NCBI GenBank assembly: GCA_037190965.1
Contig: JBBCKI010000018.1
Span: 14,283-78,282 of the forward strand
DNA length: 64,000 nucleotides
From: Chthoniobacteraceae bacterium
GTDB taxonomy: Bacteria > Verrucomicrobiota > Verrucomicrobiia > Chthoniobacterales > Chthoniobacteraceae
Direction: 5' to 3'
The stretch's first letter is position 1; every line of letters begins with the position of its first letter. The position numbers and the translations under genes are program-made. Positions 47,405 to 56,165 of the stretch are shown here, in pieces. The notes under the pieces were generated by a model. That model was given only the letters and a program-made list of their open reading frames with translations. It was not told the origin of the DNA and ran no database searches.

Positions 47405-49336
47405 TTGCACGATTTCACTGCAATGGCCGTCTCCCCTCGGATGCAGGCCCGGATGGCTGCCGGCTGCTCGGGTCAGGTTTTATTGATCTGTTCACGAGTA
47501 GATTATTTTTTGCTGACGATTGTTTTCTTGGGGTGTCTCGCATTTTATTCCGGAGGCGGCTGGAATCAGAATGCCCGGTTCGCCCAGGTGCGCGCCCTGA
47601 TGGAGGAACGCCGGTTTGGGATCGACGATTTTTTGGTTTATCAGAAGGCCCCCGATGAGAGGTCGATGCGGCGGCTCCCCATCCGCGACGCGGCTCTTTC
47701 TCCCAGAGGTGCCTCCGGGCCGCGAATCGGCCTTGCATGGCGTAATCAGGCAGGCGTCTTGACGCCCATTGCGGCGCGGCCTCCTCCCTCCCTGGTTGCT
47801 TTGGAGGCCGTGGCCGCCTCGGGCGACGTCACATTTGTCGGCGGCCACTTTTACCCGAACAAACCGCCCGGGGCCACTTTCCTGGCTTTGCCTGCCTACG
47901 GGGCGCTCTTCACGCTGGAGAAAAAGGCGGGCTGGAATCCGGACGACTGGCGGGTGCTCACTCTCAATGCCTGGCTGACGACCGCGTTCTCGATCGGCCT
48001 CGTCTCCGCGTGCGGCGCCGTCGTGCTCTACAGGGTGGCCCAGCGCTTCGCCAGCCCCGAAACCGCCTTTGCGGTGGCGCTCACGGCGGCATTCGGCACC
48101 ATGGCGTTTCCCCACGGGACGATGCTCTTTGATCACAACCTTACGGCGGCTCTTCTCCTGGGTGCTTTTGCATTTTTGATTCGCGCTCGCAACGACGCGT
48201 GCCGTCCCGCCCGGGACGCTTTCCTGGCCGGGCTGTGTCTGGGTGGCGCGGTGCTTTCCAATTATCTCGCGGGTCTCGGATTCCTCCTGCTGGCGCTTTA
48301 TGCGGGACGACGGCTTTGGCTGGGACTCGCGGTAGGGATGGCCGGACCTCTCGCGATATTGGCGGTTTATCATACGGTCTGCTTTGGGAGTCCGTTTGCG
48401 CTCGTCTCGACCTTTCAGAACCCGCTGCTGCTGGAGCAGTTCCCCGCGGAGGCCAAGCAGTTCTTCGGGATGTTTGCGATGCCCAACCCCGGCATGGTGT
48501 TGATCCTCCTCGTTTCTCCCTTCCGGGGGATCTTTTTCTTTTCGCCCGTGCTTCTGCTGGCGGCGTGGGGGCTTTTGCGATGGGGCAGGGAGCGTCGGCA
48601 TCGCCGGGAAGCCTTGCTCTGCGTTGCGATGGTTGCCGCTTTCCTTCTTGTGAATGCCGCCTATTGCGGCTGGCACGGCGGGTATGGAGTCGCTCCACGT
48701 TACCTCGCCCCGGTCGTACCGTTTCTGGCGTTGGGATTGGTGGGGATCTGGCCGTCGTGGCCCCGGCTTTGCGCGGCTGCGGCATGCCTTTCCGTGGCGA
48801 TGCAATTGGCGCTTACGGCGACTGACCCGCTTTCGCCGGTCGGCCTGGGAACGATCGCCCGCGTCAGGGGGCGGGCCGACTGGCGCTACAACGCATTGAC
48901 GGAATCCGCCCTGCCGCTGCTGGTGAGCGGTCGCCCTCGGCCACTGCTCGACGCATTGCTAGAGGATACGCTGGAGGAGTTGCTCCAAACGGTTCCGCCC
49001 TCCCTGCGCGAATTGGAGGGTGTTCGTTCTCAGGCACAATGGTTGCGGGAGGAAATGCGACGCGCTGCGGAGCGGGGGGAGAGTTTTCCGTTTCCGCTGG
49101 CGGCATTTCCGGGGCCGGTCTCCGCCAACCCGATGGGCATCTTCGAGGGTGACTACTTCCAGATTTCCAAACCGGGCAGTCCGGAGGCCCGGTGGAACTC
49201 GTTCAACCTGGGGGAGTTCCTCTTCCCCGGTAGTTGCTGGAGCCTTCTCGCGGTCGGCATGGTGGTGGGAGCGGTGACGGTCGGATTTCTGGGGTCGCGC
49301 GTAAAAAGACTTTGCCTGCCCCGGAGAAAGGTCTAA
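47405..49336 (+). CDS. Polytopic membrane protein, probable GT-C fold glycosyltransferase (start uncertain)
   Basis: Many TM helices; WNQNARF, D....GHFYPNKPPG, PFRGIFFFSPVLL and WHGGYGVAPRYL motifs. Confidence 0.6.
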   Translation: MHDFTAMAVSPRMQARMAAGCSGQVLLICSRVDYFLLTIVFLGCLAFYSGGGWNQNARFAQVRALMEERRFGIDDFLVYQKAPDERSMRRLPIRDAALSPRGASGPRIGLAWRNQAGVLTPIAARPPPSLVALEAVAASGDVTFVGGHFYPNKPPGATFLALPAYGALFTLEKKAGWNPDDWRVLTLNAWLTTAFSIGLVSACGAVVLYRVAQRFASPETAFAVALTAAFGTMAFPHGTMLFDHNLTAALLLGAFAFLIRARNDACRPARDAFLAGLCLGGAVLSNYLAGLGFLLLALYAGRRLWLGLAVGMAGPLAILAVYHTVCFGSPFALVSTFQNPLLLEQFPAEAKQFFGMFAMPNPGMVLILLVSPFRGIFFFSPVLLLAAWGLLRWGRERRHRREALLCVAMVAAFLLVNAAYCGWHGGYGVAPRYLAPVVPFLALGLVGIWPSWPRLCAAAACLSVAMQLALTATDPLSPVGLGTIARVRGRADWRYNALTESALPLLVSGRPRPLLDALLEDTLEELLQTVPPSLRELEGVRSQAQWLREEMRRAAERGESFPFPLAAFPGPVSANPMGIFEGDYFQISKPGSPEARWNSFNLGEFLFPGSCWSLLAVGMVVGAVTVGFLGSRVKRLCLPRRKV

Positions 49337-49367
49337 AACCGCGCCAGTTCTTTGGAGTTTAGGACAT

Positions 49368-49610
49368 AGCAATCGGACGTCAGGAATTCCGTGAAAACCG
49401 GAAGCAGTTGCGCTGCTGTAACTGGATACGACTTCCCTAGGGAGTGTTGTCACAAGAGGACACGACCTAACAGGCCAATCGCCGGATCACCCGGCGGTGA
49501 AGGCGGGAAGAAGGCAAGCCAGGAGCCAGAATATTGACCCCGATCGCTCTCATTCGTGGCCTCTTCGTGTGGAGAGGCTTCGAGAAAACTTCTTCGCAAA
49601 AAGAAGAATG
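49368..49610 (+). ncRNA. Cobalamin (B12) riboswitch, variant form
   Basis: AGGAA-TTCCGTGAAAACCGGAA-GCAG(TTGCG)CTGC-TGTAA core, GCCA...GAAGGC and B12-box-like GAGCCAGAATATTGAC. Closing helix AGCAATCGG/CCGATCGCT. A downstream hairpin loop CGCAAA (49595-49600) is complementary to loop TTGCG (49408-49412). Confidence 0.82.
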
Positions 49611-49685
49611 AGGGGCTCGGGCCTATCGCTCTGCGTGGTCTGGTCTCTCTTCGAACCAATCCGAAATCGAACAAGAGATCATACC

Positions 49686-50399
49686 ATGAAAAAACTGTTT
49701 AGCGCCATTGCGGCGCTTTTTGTCGCCTGTGCAGTCGTTTGCAGCAATGCTCACGCAGCTTCAACGGCTACCTCGTATCTGCTCATCCAGGGGCCGTTTG
49801 GCCCTGCTTCCTCCACCGAGACTTATAAGTGGAAAATCACCTATGATCCCGCCACGGTCGTCACCGGCCAGGATCTCTTGAATGTGATTCTGGGGGCACC
49901 TGTGCCTACAGGGGGTACCGTTTTGGGCTATCCTTATTTGACCTCCATCAACGGAACTTCGGGCGCGGGGTATCTGAATTTCTTCGGGTCATTGCTGGTC
50001 GAGTCGCTGACAATCGGCGGCCAAAAAGTGGCCATGACCCCCGATTGGAGCAATACGTGGCATTACAACGTTGCTGGGGGGAGTGGGAGCTATAATGCAG
50101 ATGATCTCAATCCGGACGGGCTTTATGCAAACGGCGCCTGGGTTTATTCCAACGATTCCTCGATGACACGGTTGCTTGCGGATGGCAGCTTCGACGCATG
50201 GGCTTTCGGGATCGGGGATATCGACAACGATTATCAATATTTCGTCGAGGGAGCGTTCAATCTACCTCTGGAAGTTTACTTCGCCGACGCCATCGAGATC
50301 AACGCGATCCCTGAACCGGGGACCTTCGCCTTTGTACTGATTGGTTTTGGCGGTGTCTGGGCTGTGAGGCGACGCAAGGCGGTTTTTTGTGAGCGGTGA
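49686..50399 (+). CDS. PEP-CTERM surface protein with a possible DUF4430/transcobalamin-beta-like domain
   Basis: Signal peptide MKKLFSAIAALF...AHA; T.QDLL...G.LV.S..IG...W.Y.V.G...R.L.DG....W pattern; IPEPGTFAFVLIGFGGVWAVRRRK. Confidence 0.8.
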   Translation: MKKLFSAIAALFVACAVVCSNAHAASTATSYLLIQGPFGPASSTETYKWKITYDPATVVTGQDLLNVILGAPVPTGGTVLGYPYLTSINGTSGAGYLNFFGSLLVESLTIGGQKVAMTPDWSNTWHYNVAGGSGSYNADDLNPDGLYANGAWVYSNDSSMTRLLADGSFDAWAFGIGDIDNDYQYFVEGAFNLPLEVYFADAIEINAIPEPGTFAFVLIGFGGVWAVRRRKAVFCER

Positions 50400-50411
50400 C
50401 TGATTCTTGGA

Positions 50412-51209
50412 ATGAATCATTCCATAAATCCCGAAGAAGCCAGCAGGAGGTGCGGTTTCACCTTGGTCGAGTTGCTGGTTTCACTAACAATTGCCACCCT
50501 TCTCGGGGCAGTTTCGCTGGCGGCCTTCGGGAAGATGCGCAAGATCTCCCAAGGGGCGGTCTGTGCCAACAGCCTGCGACAGCTTGGCGTCGCAACGCGA
50601 CTCTACCTTGACGATCACCGGCAGGTTTTCTTTCTCTATCGGCGCGATATCGATGAAGGGACACTCTGGTATTTCGGCTTGGAGCCCATGTCGAGCATTG
50701 GGAAATCGGAAGGTGAGCGAACCCTGGATATGAAATCCGGTCCGCTTGCTCCTTATATCGAAATAGCAGGCAGGATCGAAACCTGTCCCGCCTTTTCCTA
50801 TCGGGATGCGCTGACAAAGCCGAAGTTCAAGGGAGCCAGCTTCGGCTACGGGTTCAATCAATTTCTCAACTATACTGACAAAGAAGGAGGCGTTGGTGTG
50901 AATGCCCTTAAGGGTGTGAATGCCCTTACGATTGAGAACCCGGCGAAGATCATTGTCTTCGGTGACTGTGCCCAAGTGAACAGGCACCAGCCGCCAGCCT
51001 CGCTAACCAACCCGATGATCGAGGAGTACTACCAGATTGATCAGTCGCAAAAGACGATTCACTTCCGTCATGGCGCGCGGGCGCAGTTTGTGTTTCTGGA
51101 CGGCCACGTGGAATCGATGCCGATGTGGCCCGGTACCCTCGAAACGGCTTTGCGTTCGGCCAACATCGGGAGAATCACCCTGCAGGGGAGCCGGGAATAT
51201 TTGCAGTAG
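50412..51209 (+). CDS. Prepilin-type N-terminal cleavage/methylation protein with H-X9-DG domain
   Basis: G|FTLVELLV, CANSLRQLG, CP, GYGFN and H-GARAQFVFL-DGHV. Confidence 0.9.
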   Translation: MNHSINPEEASRRCGFTLVELLVSLTIATLLGAVSLAAFGKMRKISQGAVCANSLRQLGVATRLYLDDHRQVFFLYRRDIDEGTLWYFGLEPMSSIGKSEGERTLDMKSGPLAPYIEIAGRIETCPAFSYRDALTKPKFKGASFGYGFNQFLNYTDKEGGVGVNALKGVNALTIENPAKIIVFGDCAQVNRHQPPASLTNPMIEEYYQIDQSQKTIHFRHGARAQFVFLDGHVESMPMWPGTLETALRSANIGRITLQGSREYLQ

Positions 51210-51212
51210 CCC

Positions 51213-53039
51213 CTACTCCGGCCAGCGCGAATTCCGGCACCCGGCCGCGGCGAGGAACAGGCCGATCAGGACCTGTGAGGCCAGCACCCAGAGGCAGAGG
51301 ACTCCCGGACTGAGGGTTGTCTGGGAGATCTTCACAACGGCATCGTAAAACCGTGTATCGATCAAGGTCTGGAGATACCCGCTCCACCCCCAGTAGGCGG
51401 CGATAAAGGGGCGGGTGACCCAGCCGATGACGGCGGGAAGGGCGAGCACCGCGCCGGAGAGGGGGAGCTGGAAGCCGACGAGGTAGATGGAAATCAGCGA
51501 CGCCTGTTCCGCCGTCCGGGCGAAGCTGGAGATGGCGAGGCAAACCGCCGTCATGGCGGCATTGACCAGCGCGAGGATGCCGAACTGGAAGAGCGGATCG
51601 CCGGGGAACCCGCAGATCATCTTCACGAAGACGGTCATCCAGAGCGACTGCGCCAGCACCAGTGTCAGCAGGAACATCGCCTTGCTCGCCACGTAAGCGC
51701 CCGCGTTGAGGCCGCCGAACTTCTCCTTTTCCAGGATCAACCGTTCCCCCGCGACCTCCCGGGCGGCGTTGTTGGAAGCCATTAACGTCAGAAGAATGAC
51801 CTGGAACATCACCAGACCCGAGACCAGGGAGCCCGCGCGGCTCGACTGGGCGAAGAAGGCGGTGTTTTCCATGACCGTCCCCACAATATCGCCCGTGTGT
51901 TGCAGGGAGAGATTCTGGATCTGCGGCAGCCCGTCCATCGCGAAAATAACGACAAGGCACGGGAAGCCGAGAATCAGCGCCAGTTGCAACCAGAGCGCCG
52001 AGGGATCGCGAAAGAAAAGCCGCCAGCGACGACTCAGAAGGGTGGCAAACTGGGAGGTAAATCCGGGGGTGCTGATGGGAGCGGGCTCGGGGGTCGGGTC
52101 GGGAATTGGATCGTGACCGTCCGGGTCCGGGAAAAACTTCTCCTCCGGGTCTTCTTTGGCGTTTTTCGCCGTTTTTTCCGGCTTTGCCGATTTCTTCGGC
52201 TGATCGGGAAAGAGATCGCGCTGTTCCTGCGGGCTGTCGCCCAGCCCCATCCCCTCCAGAAACGCCTTGTGGTGTTTTCTCCAGGAGCGGTGCCACTCTT
52301 CGGGGGTGCGGAGGGCAAGTTGAGGATAGAGGTCCGCCGGTTCGTCGATCTGGAAATAATGCGTCAGAAACTTCGGTGAGCCATGGTAGGCGAGATGCCC
52401 GGCGTGCAACACGATGACCGAATCGTAGGCCGCGAGGTGGGTGAGCGAATGCGTGACGCTCAACACCGTCCGGCAGTTCTCCTTGGCGAGGGTGCGAAGG
52501 AGGGTGACGAGTTCATCCTCGGCCTTGGGGTCGAGACCGCTGGTGACCTCGTCGCAAAGGAGGAGATCAGGGGAGGTGGTCATCTCCAGCGCCAGCGCCA
52601 GACGCCGCCGCTGCCCTCCCGAGAGGACGCGCACCGGGCGGTCGGCGATTGCCTCCAGCCCCACCTGCTTGAGAATCGCGGCCGTTCGCTCAGCCCGGGT
52701 CCGGCGGTTCAACCCTTTTACCCGGAGGCGAAGGGTGGCATCGACGTTTTCCTCAACGGTCAAGAGCTCGTAGGCGATGGAGAATTGCGGGACGTAGCCG
52801 ATCTCGTGCGGTGCGAGGTCCCCCTCGCTTTCCAGATCGCGTCCCTTCCAGAAGACGTGACCGAAGGTCGGTTCACAGATCCCTGCAATGAGCTTGAGCA
52901 AGGTGCTTTTGCCGCAGCCCGAAGGGCCGACGACGGCAACAAATTGCCCGGGCGGGATCTTCGCGGCGATATCGCCCAGGAGAACGATCTCGCTCGGTTT
53001 GCCGGGGACCAGGAGGGAAAGGTCTTTGAGTTCGAGCAC
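51213..53039 (-). CDS. ABC transporter, fused NBD plus ABC-2 permease (ABCG-like)
   Basis: GPSGCGKST, LSGGQRRR, CDEVTSGLDP and VTH, then TM helices with NAAREVAGER. Start probably the GTG at 53039. Confidence 0.88.
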   Translation of the reverse strand: MLELKDLSLLVPGKPSEIVLLGDIAAKIPPGQFVAVVGPSGCGKSTLLKLIAGICEPTFGHVFWKGRDLESEGDLAPHEIGYVPQFSIAYELLTVEENVDATLRLRVKGLNRRTRAERTAAILKQVGLEAIADRPVRVLSGGQRRRLALALEMTTSPDLLLCDEVTSGLDPKAEDELVTLLRTLAKENCRTVLSVTHSLTHLAAYDSVIVLHAGHLAYHGSPKFLTHYFQIDEPADLYPQLALRTPEEWHRSWRKHHKAFLEGMGLGDSPQEQRDLFPDQPKKSAKPEKTAKNAKEDPEEKFFPDPDGHDPIPDPTPEPAPISTPGFTSQFATLLSRRWRLFFRDPSALWLQLALILGFPCLVVIFAMDGLPQIQNLSLQHTGDIVGTVMENTAFFAQSSRAGSLVSGLVMFQVILLTLMASNNAAREVAGERLILEKEKFGGLNAGAYVASKAMFLLTLVLAQSLWMTVFVKMICGFPGDPLFQFGILALVNAAMTAVCLAISSFARTAEQASLISIYLVGFQLPLSGAVLALPAVIGWVTRPFIAAYWGWSGYLQTLIDTRFYDAVVKISQTTLSPGVLCLWVLASQVLIGLFLAAAGCRNSRWPE

Positions 53040-53099
53040 GGAATGGGGGTGAGGTACGCCCGGAAAGTACCGGATTGTGTTATTTGGGCAAGCGGATAG

Positions 53100-53266
53100 A
53101 GAGTCTCTCAAAAATCCTTTCCGGCGGCACTGGGGCGGCGCGGCCTCTGGCGCGGCGTCGCCAAGCTTGGGTAGGGGCACTGCGGCCCCAACCACTGCGC
53201 TTTGCTCCTTGCTCCAGAAGCCACGGCGCTCCCATTGCCTTTCGGAAATGATTTTCGAGAAACGCT
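53100..53266. mobile_element. MITE-like element with long imperfect terminal inverted repeats
   Basis: Left end AGAGTCTCTCAAAAATC versus right end (reverse complement) AGCGTTTCTCGAAAATC, 14/17 identical. Symmetry continues about 55 bp inward. Confidence 0.6.
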
Positions 53267-53407
53267 TAGAGCGTCTATACGTAATTGACGCTTGCTCTCA
53301 TCAAGAGTGCCTTTATCCTTTCTGATCTTTGGCTTTGGCTTTAAGTTGTCAGGACCCCCGATGTTGGGGAAAAGCCGTAAAAGCTGGAGAACAACCGCGC
53401 GAATAGA

Positions 53408-54529
53408 ATGGCACAAGTTACCCTCAAAAACGTTTTCAAGATCTACAAAGGCGATAAAGGCAAGGACGTGACGGCAGTGGAGAATTTCAACCTCGAAATT
53501 CACGATCGCGAATTTGTAGTGTTCGTCGGCCCTTCGGGTTGTGGAAAATCGACCACTCTCCGCATGATTGCCGGGCTGGAAGAAATTTCCAAAGGCGAGG
53601 TGGCCATCGACAGCCGCGTGGTTAACGACATTCCTCCCAAGGATCGCGACATCGCGATGGTGTTCCAGAATTACGCGCTTTACCCGCACATGACGGTTTT
53701 CGACAATCTCGCCTTCGGGCTGAAACTGCGGAACTACCCCAAGGCGGAGATCAAAAAGCGGGTGGAAGATGCCGCCGCCATTCTCGGTATCGAGCCTTAT
53801 CTCGACCGCAAGCCGAAGGCCCTATCCGGCGGCCAGCGGCAGCGCGTGGCGGTGGGCCGCGCGATTGTCCGGCAACCCAAGGTGTTCCTTTTCGACGAAC
53901 CGCTCTCCAACCTCGACGCCAAGATGCGCGTGCAGATGCGCACGGAGATCATCAAGCTTCACCAGCGGCTCCAGGCGACGATGATTTACGTCACCCACGA
54001 TCAGGTGGAAGCCATGACCATGGGCGATCGCATCGTGGTCATGAAAGACGGCGTGATCCAGCAGATCGACGCGCCGCTGAAGCTTTACAATAACCCCGCC
54101 AACCTTTTCGTGGCCGGCTTTCTCGGCAGCCCGCCCATGAACTTTATCCACGGGAAACTCCACGCGTCGGGGGACTGCGTCGTCTTCAAGGAAAACGACG
54201 GCGGCACCATCGAGCTTACCTTTACCGACCGGCCCGAACTCAAGCCGTTCGTGGGGCGTGACGTGGTGGCGGGTATCCGTGCGGAAAGCATCGAGTACGC
54301 ACAGGGCGTGGAGAAACCGCGCGGCCCCCGGTTCCAGGGGGTGGTGGACGTGATCGAGCCAATGGGCGCGGAGACTTACTTCTACGTCCAGACCGGCGCG
54401 CACACCATCATCAGCCGTAACGAAGGGAGCGTGGACCACGGCGAGACCGGTCACCGGTTGCAGTTCGAAGTCGATCTTGAGCGGGTGCATATTTTCGACC
54501 CGTGCACGACGGCCCGGATCGCGAAATAA
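53408..54529 (+). CDS. Sugar ABC transporter ATP-binding protein (MalK/UgpC/MsmX family)
   Basis: GPSGCGKSTTLRMIAGLE, VFQNYALYPHM, LSGGQRQRVA, DEPLSNLDAK, YVTHDQVEAM and a TOBE-like tail. Confidence 0.95.
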   Translation: MAQVTLKNVFKIYKGDKGKDVTAVENFNLEIHDREFVVFVGPSGCGKSTTLRMIAGLEEISKGEVAIDSRVVNDIPPKDRDIAMVFQNYALYPHMTVFDNLAFGLKLRNYPKAEIKKRVEDAAAILGIEPYLDRKPKALSGGQRQRVAVGRAIVRQPKVFLFDEPLSNLDAKMRVQMRTEIIKLHQRLQATMIYVTHDQVEAMTMGDRIVVMKDGVIQQIDAPLKLYNNPANLFVAGFLGSPPMNFIHGKLHASGDCVVFKENDGGTIELTFTDRPELKPFVGRDVVAGIRAESIEYAQGVEKPRGPRFQGVVDVIEPMGAETYFYVQTGAHTIISRNEGSVDHGETGHRLQFEVDLERVHIFDPCTTARIAK

Positions 54530-54530
54530 G

Positions 54531-54570
54531 GGTGCCCCGCTCGCGCCGCGAGTGTGGGTATCGACTTCCG
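54531..54570. repeat. Degenerate partial family-1 REP
   Basis: GGTGCCCCGCTCGCGCCGCGAGTGTGGGTATCGAC approximates the reverse complement of 15290-15325. Confidence 0.55.
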
Positions 54571-54620
54571 AATTCCCCGGAGATGCAGCGGGCGGCCTAG
54601 CCGCCCGCGATCATCGAGCA

Positions 54621-54947
54621 ATGAGTGATTTGAAGGACAATATCCAGTTTGTCATTGCGGTCTCCAAGGGGATCGCGCGTGACCAACGCGCCCGGCGCAC
54701 GGTGCTTTTCTTCGTCGTGCTTACCGCCATGTTAATGGCGTTTGCCGGATTCGTGCTATTTGGCCGGTGGTTGACGCCGGAACGGCCGATCCTCTTTCTT
54801 CTCTATTGGGGAGCGTGCATCTGGTTGACCTTTCTCTCCATTCTGTTGGCCGTTCACGATCTGCTGATGCTCCGGCAGACGGCCCGCCGCGAGCGTCAGC
54901 AGCTCAAGGCCGAGGTGTTCGGGATGAAGGACGAGAAGGAGAAATGA
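54621..54947 (+). CDS. Small two-TM membrane protein
   Basis: Start MSDLKDNIQF at 54621, two hydrophobic helices, and a stop overlapping the dgt start (ATGA). Confidence 0.7.
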   Translation: MSDLKDNIQFVIAVSKGIARDQRARRTVLFFVVLTAMLMAFAGFVLFGRWLTPERPILFLLYWGACIWLTFLSILLAVHDLLMLRQTARRERQQLKAEVFGMKDEKEK

Positions 54948-56143
54948 TCCGGACGCGAGAGTCGATCATGGAGCGCGAGGAGGCGGTGCTCGCGCCGTAT
55001 GCCCAGCGTTCCGGAGCGTCGGCGGGGCGCAGGCATCCCGAGCCTCCGCATCCTTTTCGCACCGAGTACCAGCGCGACGCCGCGCGGGTCATTCATTCGC
55101 GCGCCTTTCGACGGCTCGAATACAAGACACAAGTTTTCCTGAGCGGTACGGGCGATCATCTTCGCACGCGGCTTACCCACACGATGGAGGTGGTCTCCAT
55201 CAGCCGCTCCATTGCCAGGGCTCTTGGCCTCAATGAAGACCTGGCGGAAGCCATCGCGCTGGCGCACGATCTCGGTCATCCCCCTTTCGGGCATGCCGGG
55301 GAGCGCGCGCTCAATGAACGGATGGCGGAGTATGGCGGGTTCGATCACAACGCGCAGAGCCTTCGGATTCTGGAGCGGATCGAGAAGAAGTATCCGCAGT
55401 TCGACGGGCTCAATCTCACCCATGAACTGCTGGAGGGGTTGCAGAAACATCGCAAGCTTTTCGATCCTCCTTTGCCGTCGTCCTCGATGCCCGAGGGAGA
55501 CACAAGGCGTTACACCAGCCCTTCGCTGGAGGCGCAGATCGCCAATATCGCCGACGAGATCGCCTATTATAGCCATGATCTCGATGACGGGCTCGATTTT
55601 TGCCTCATCCAGCCGGGCCAACTCGCGGAGCTTGAGATCTGGAGCGCGACGCTGGAGGAAGTCAGGACGCGGCACCCGGATCTGGAGGGCCGCGAGCGCG
55701 ATGCTTATGTGATCCGGTGTATGATCGACCGCGAGGTCGAGGATGTCATCCAGACCAGCGACGCGCGATTGGCGGAGAGCGGCGTCTCCAGTGTTTCGGA
55801 GGTGCGCCAGCAGCCGGAGCCGTTGATCCGCTATAGCGCGGCGATGCAGACCGCCAACGGCAAGTTGCGGAAGTTTCTCTATAGGAATCTTTATCACCAC
55901 CCCGATGTGGCAGAGGTCAATGCCCGCGCCTGCGAGATGCTGCGGCGCGTGTTCGATGCCTACCTTTGCAGGCCCGCTTTGTTGGGAGACTATGCGGCGC
56001 GAAGGGTGGAGGCGGACGGGTTGCACCGGACGGTGTGCGACTACCTTTCGGGGATGACGGATCGTTATCTGATCGAAGAATATGGCCGCCTTTTTCCCAA
56101 TTCCCCGGAGAGCGCGGTCTTTCTCGCGGAAAGACGTTTTTGA
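54944..56143 (+). CDS. dgt: Deoxyguanosinetriphosphate triphosphohydrolase (HD domain)
   Basis: RTEYQRD..RVIHSRAFRRLEYKTQVF, RTRLTHT.EV, HDLGHPPFGHAGE, ADEIAY..HDLDDG and DYLSGMTDRY. Confidence 0.94.
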   Translation: MIRTRESIMEREEAVLAPYAQRSGASAGRRHPEPPHPFRTEYQRDAARVIHSRAFRRLEYKTQVFLSGTGDHLRTRLTHTMEVVSISRSIARALGLNEDLAEAIALAHDLGHPPFGHAGERALNERMAEYGGFDHNAQSLRILERIEKKYPQFDGLNLTHELLEGLQKHRKLFDPPLPSSSMPEGDTRRYTSPSLEAQIANIADEIAYYSHDLDDGLDFCLIQPGQLAELEIWSATLEEVRTRHPDLEGRERDAYVIRCMIDREVEDVIQTSDARLAESGVSSVSEVRQQPEPLIRYSAAMQTANGKLRKFLYRNLYHHPDVAEVNARACEMLRRVFDAYLCRPALLGDYAARRVEADGLHRTVCDYLSGMTDRYLIEEYGRLFPNSPESAVFLAERRF

Positions 56144-56165
56144 CGGCCTCCGAACTTTTAGATTT

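Noticed and set aside
49497..49685. N-terminal extension of the PEP-CTERM ORF in the ORF track
   Set aside because: It overlaps the riboswitch. The signal peptide begins at the ATG at 49686.
54944..56143. dGTPase as an anti-phage defence gene
   Set aside because: It has housekeeping-type length and context, with no defence-island neighbours.
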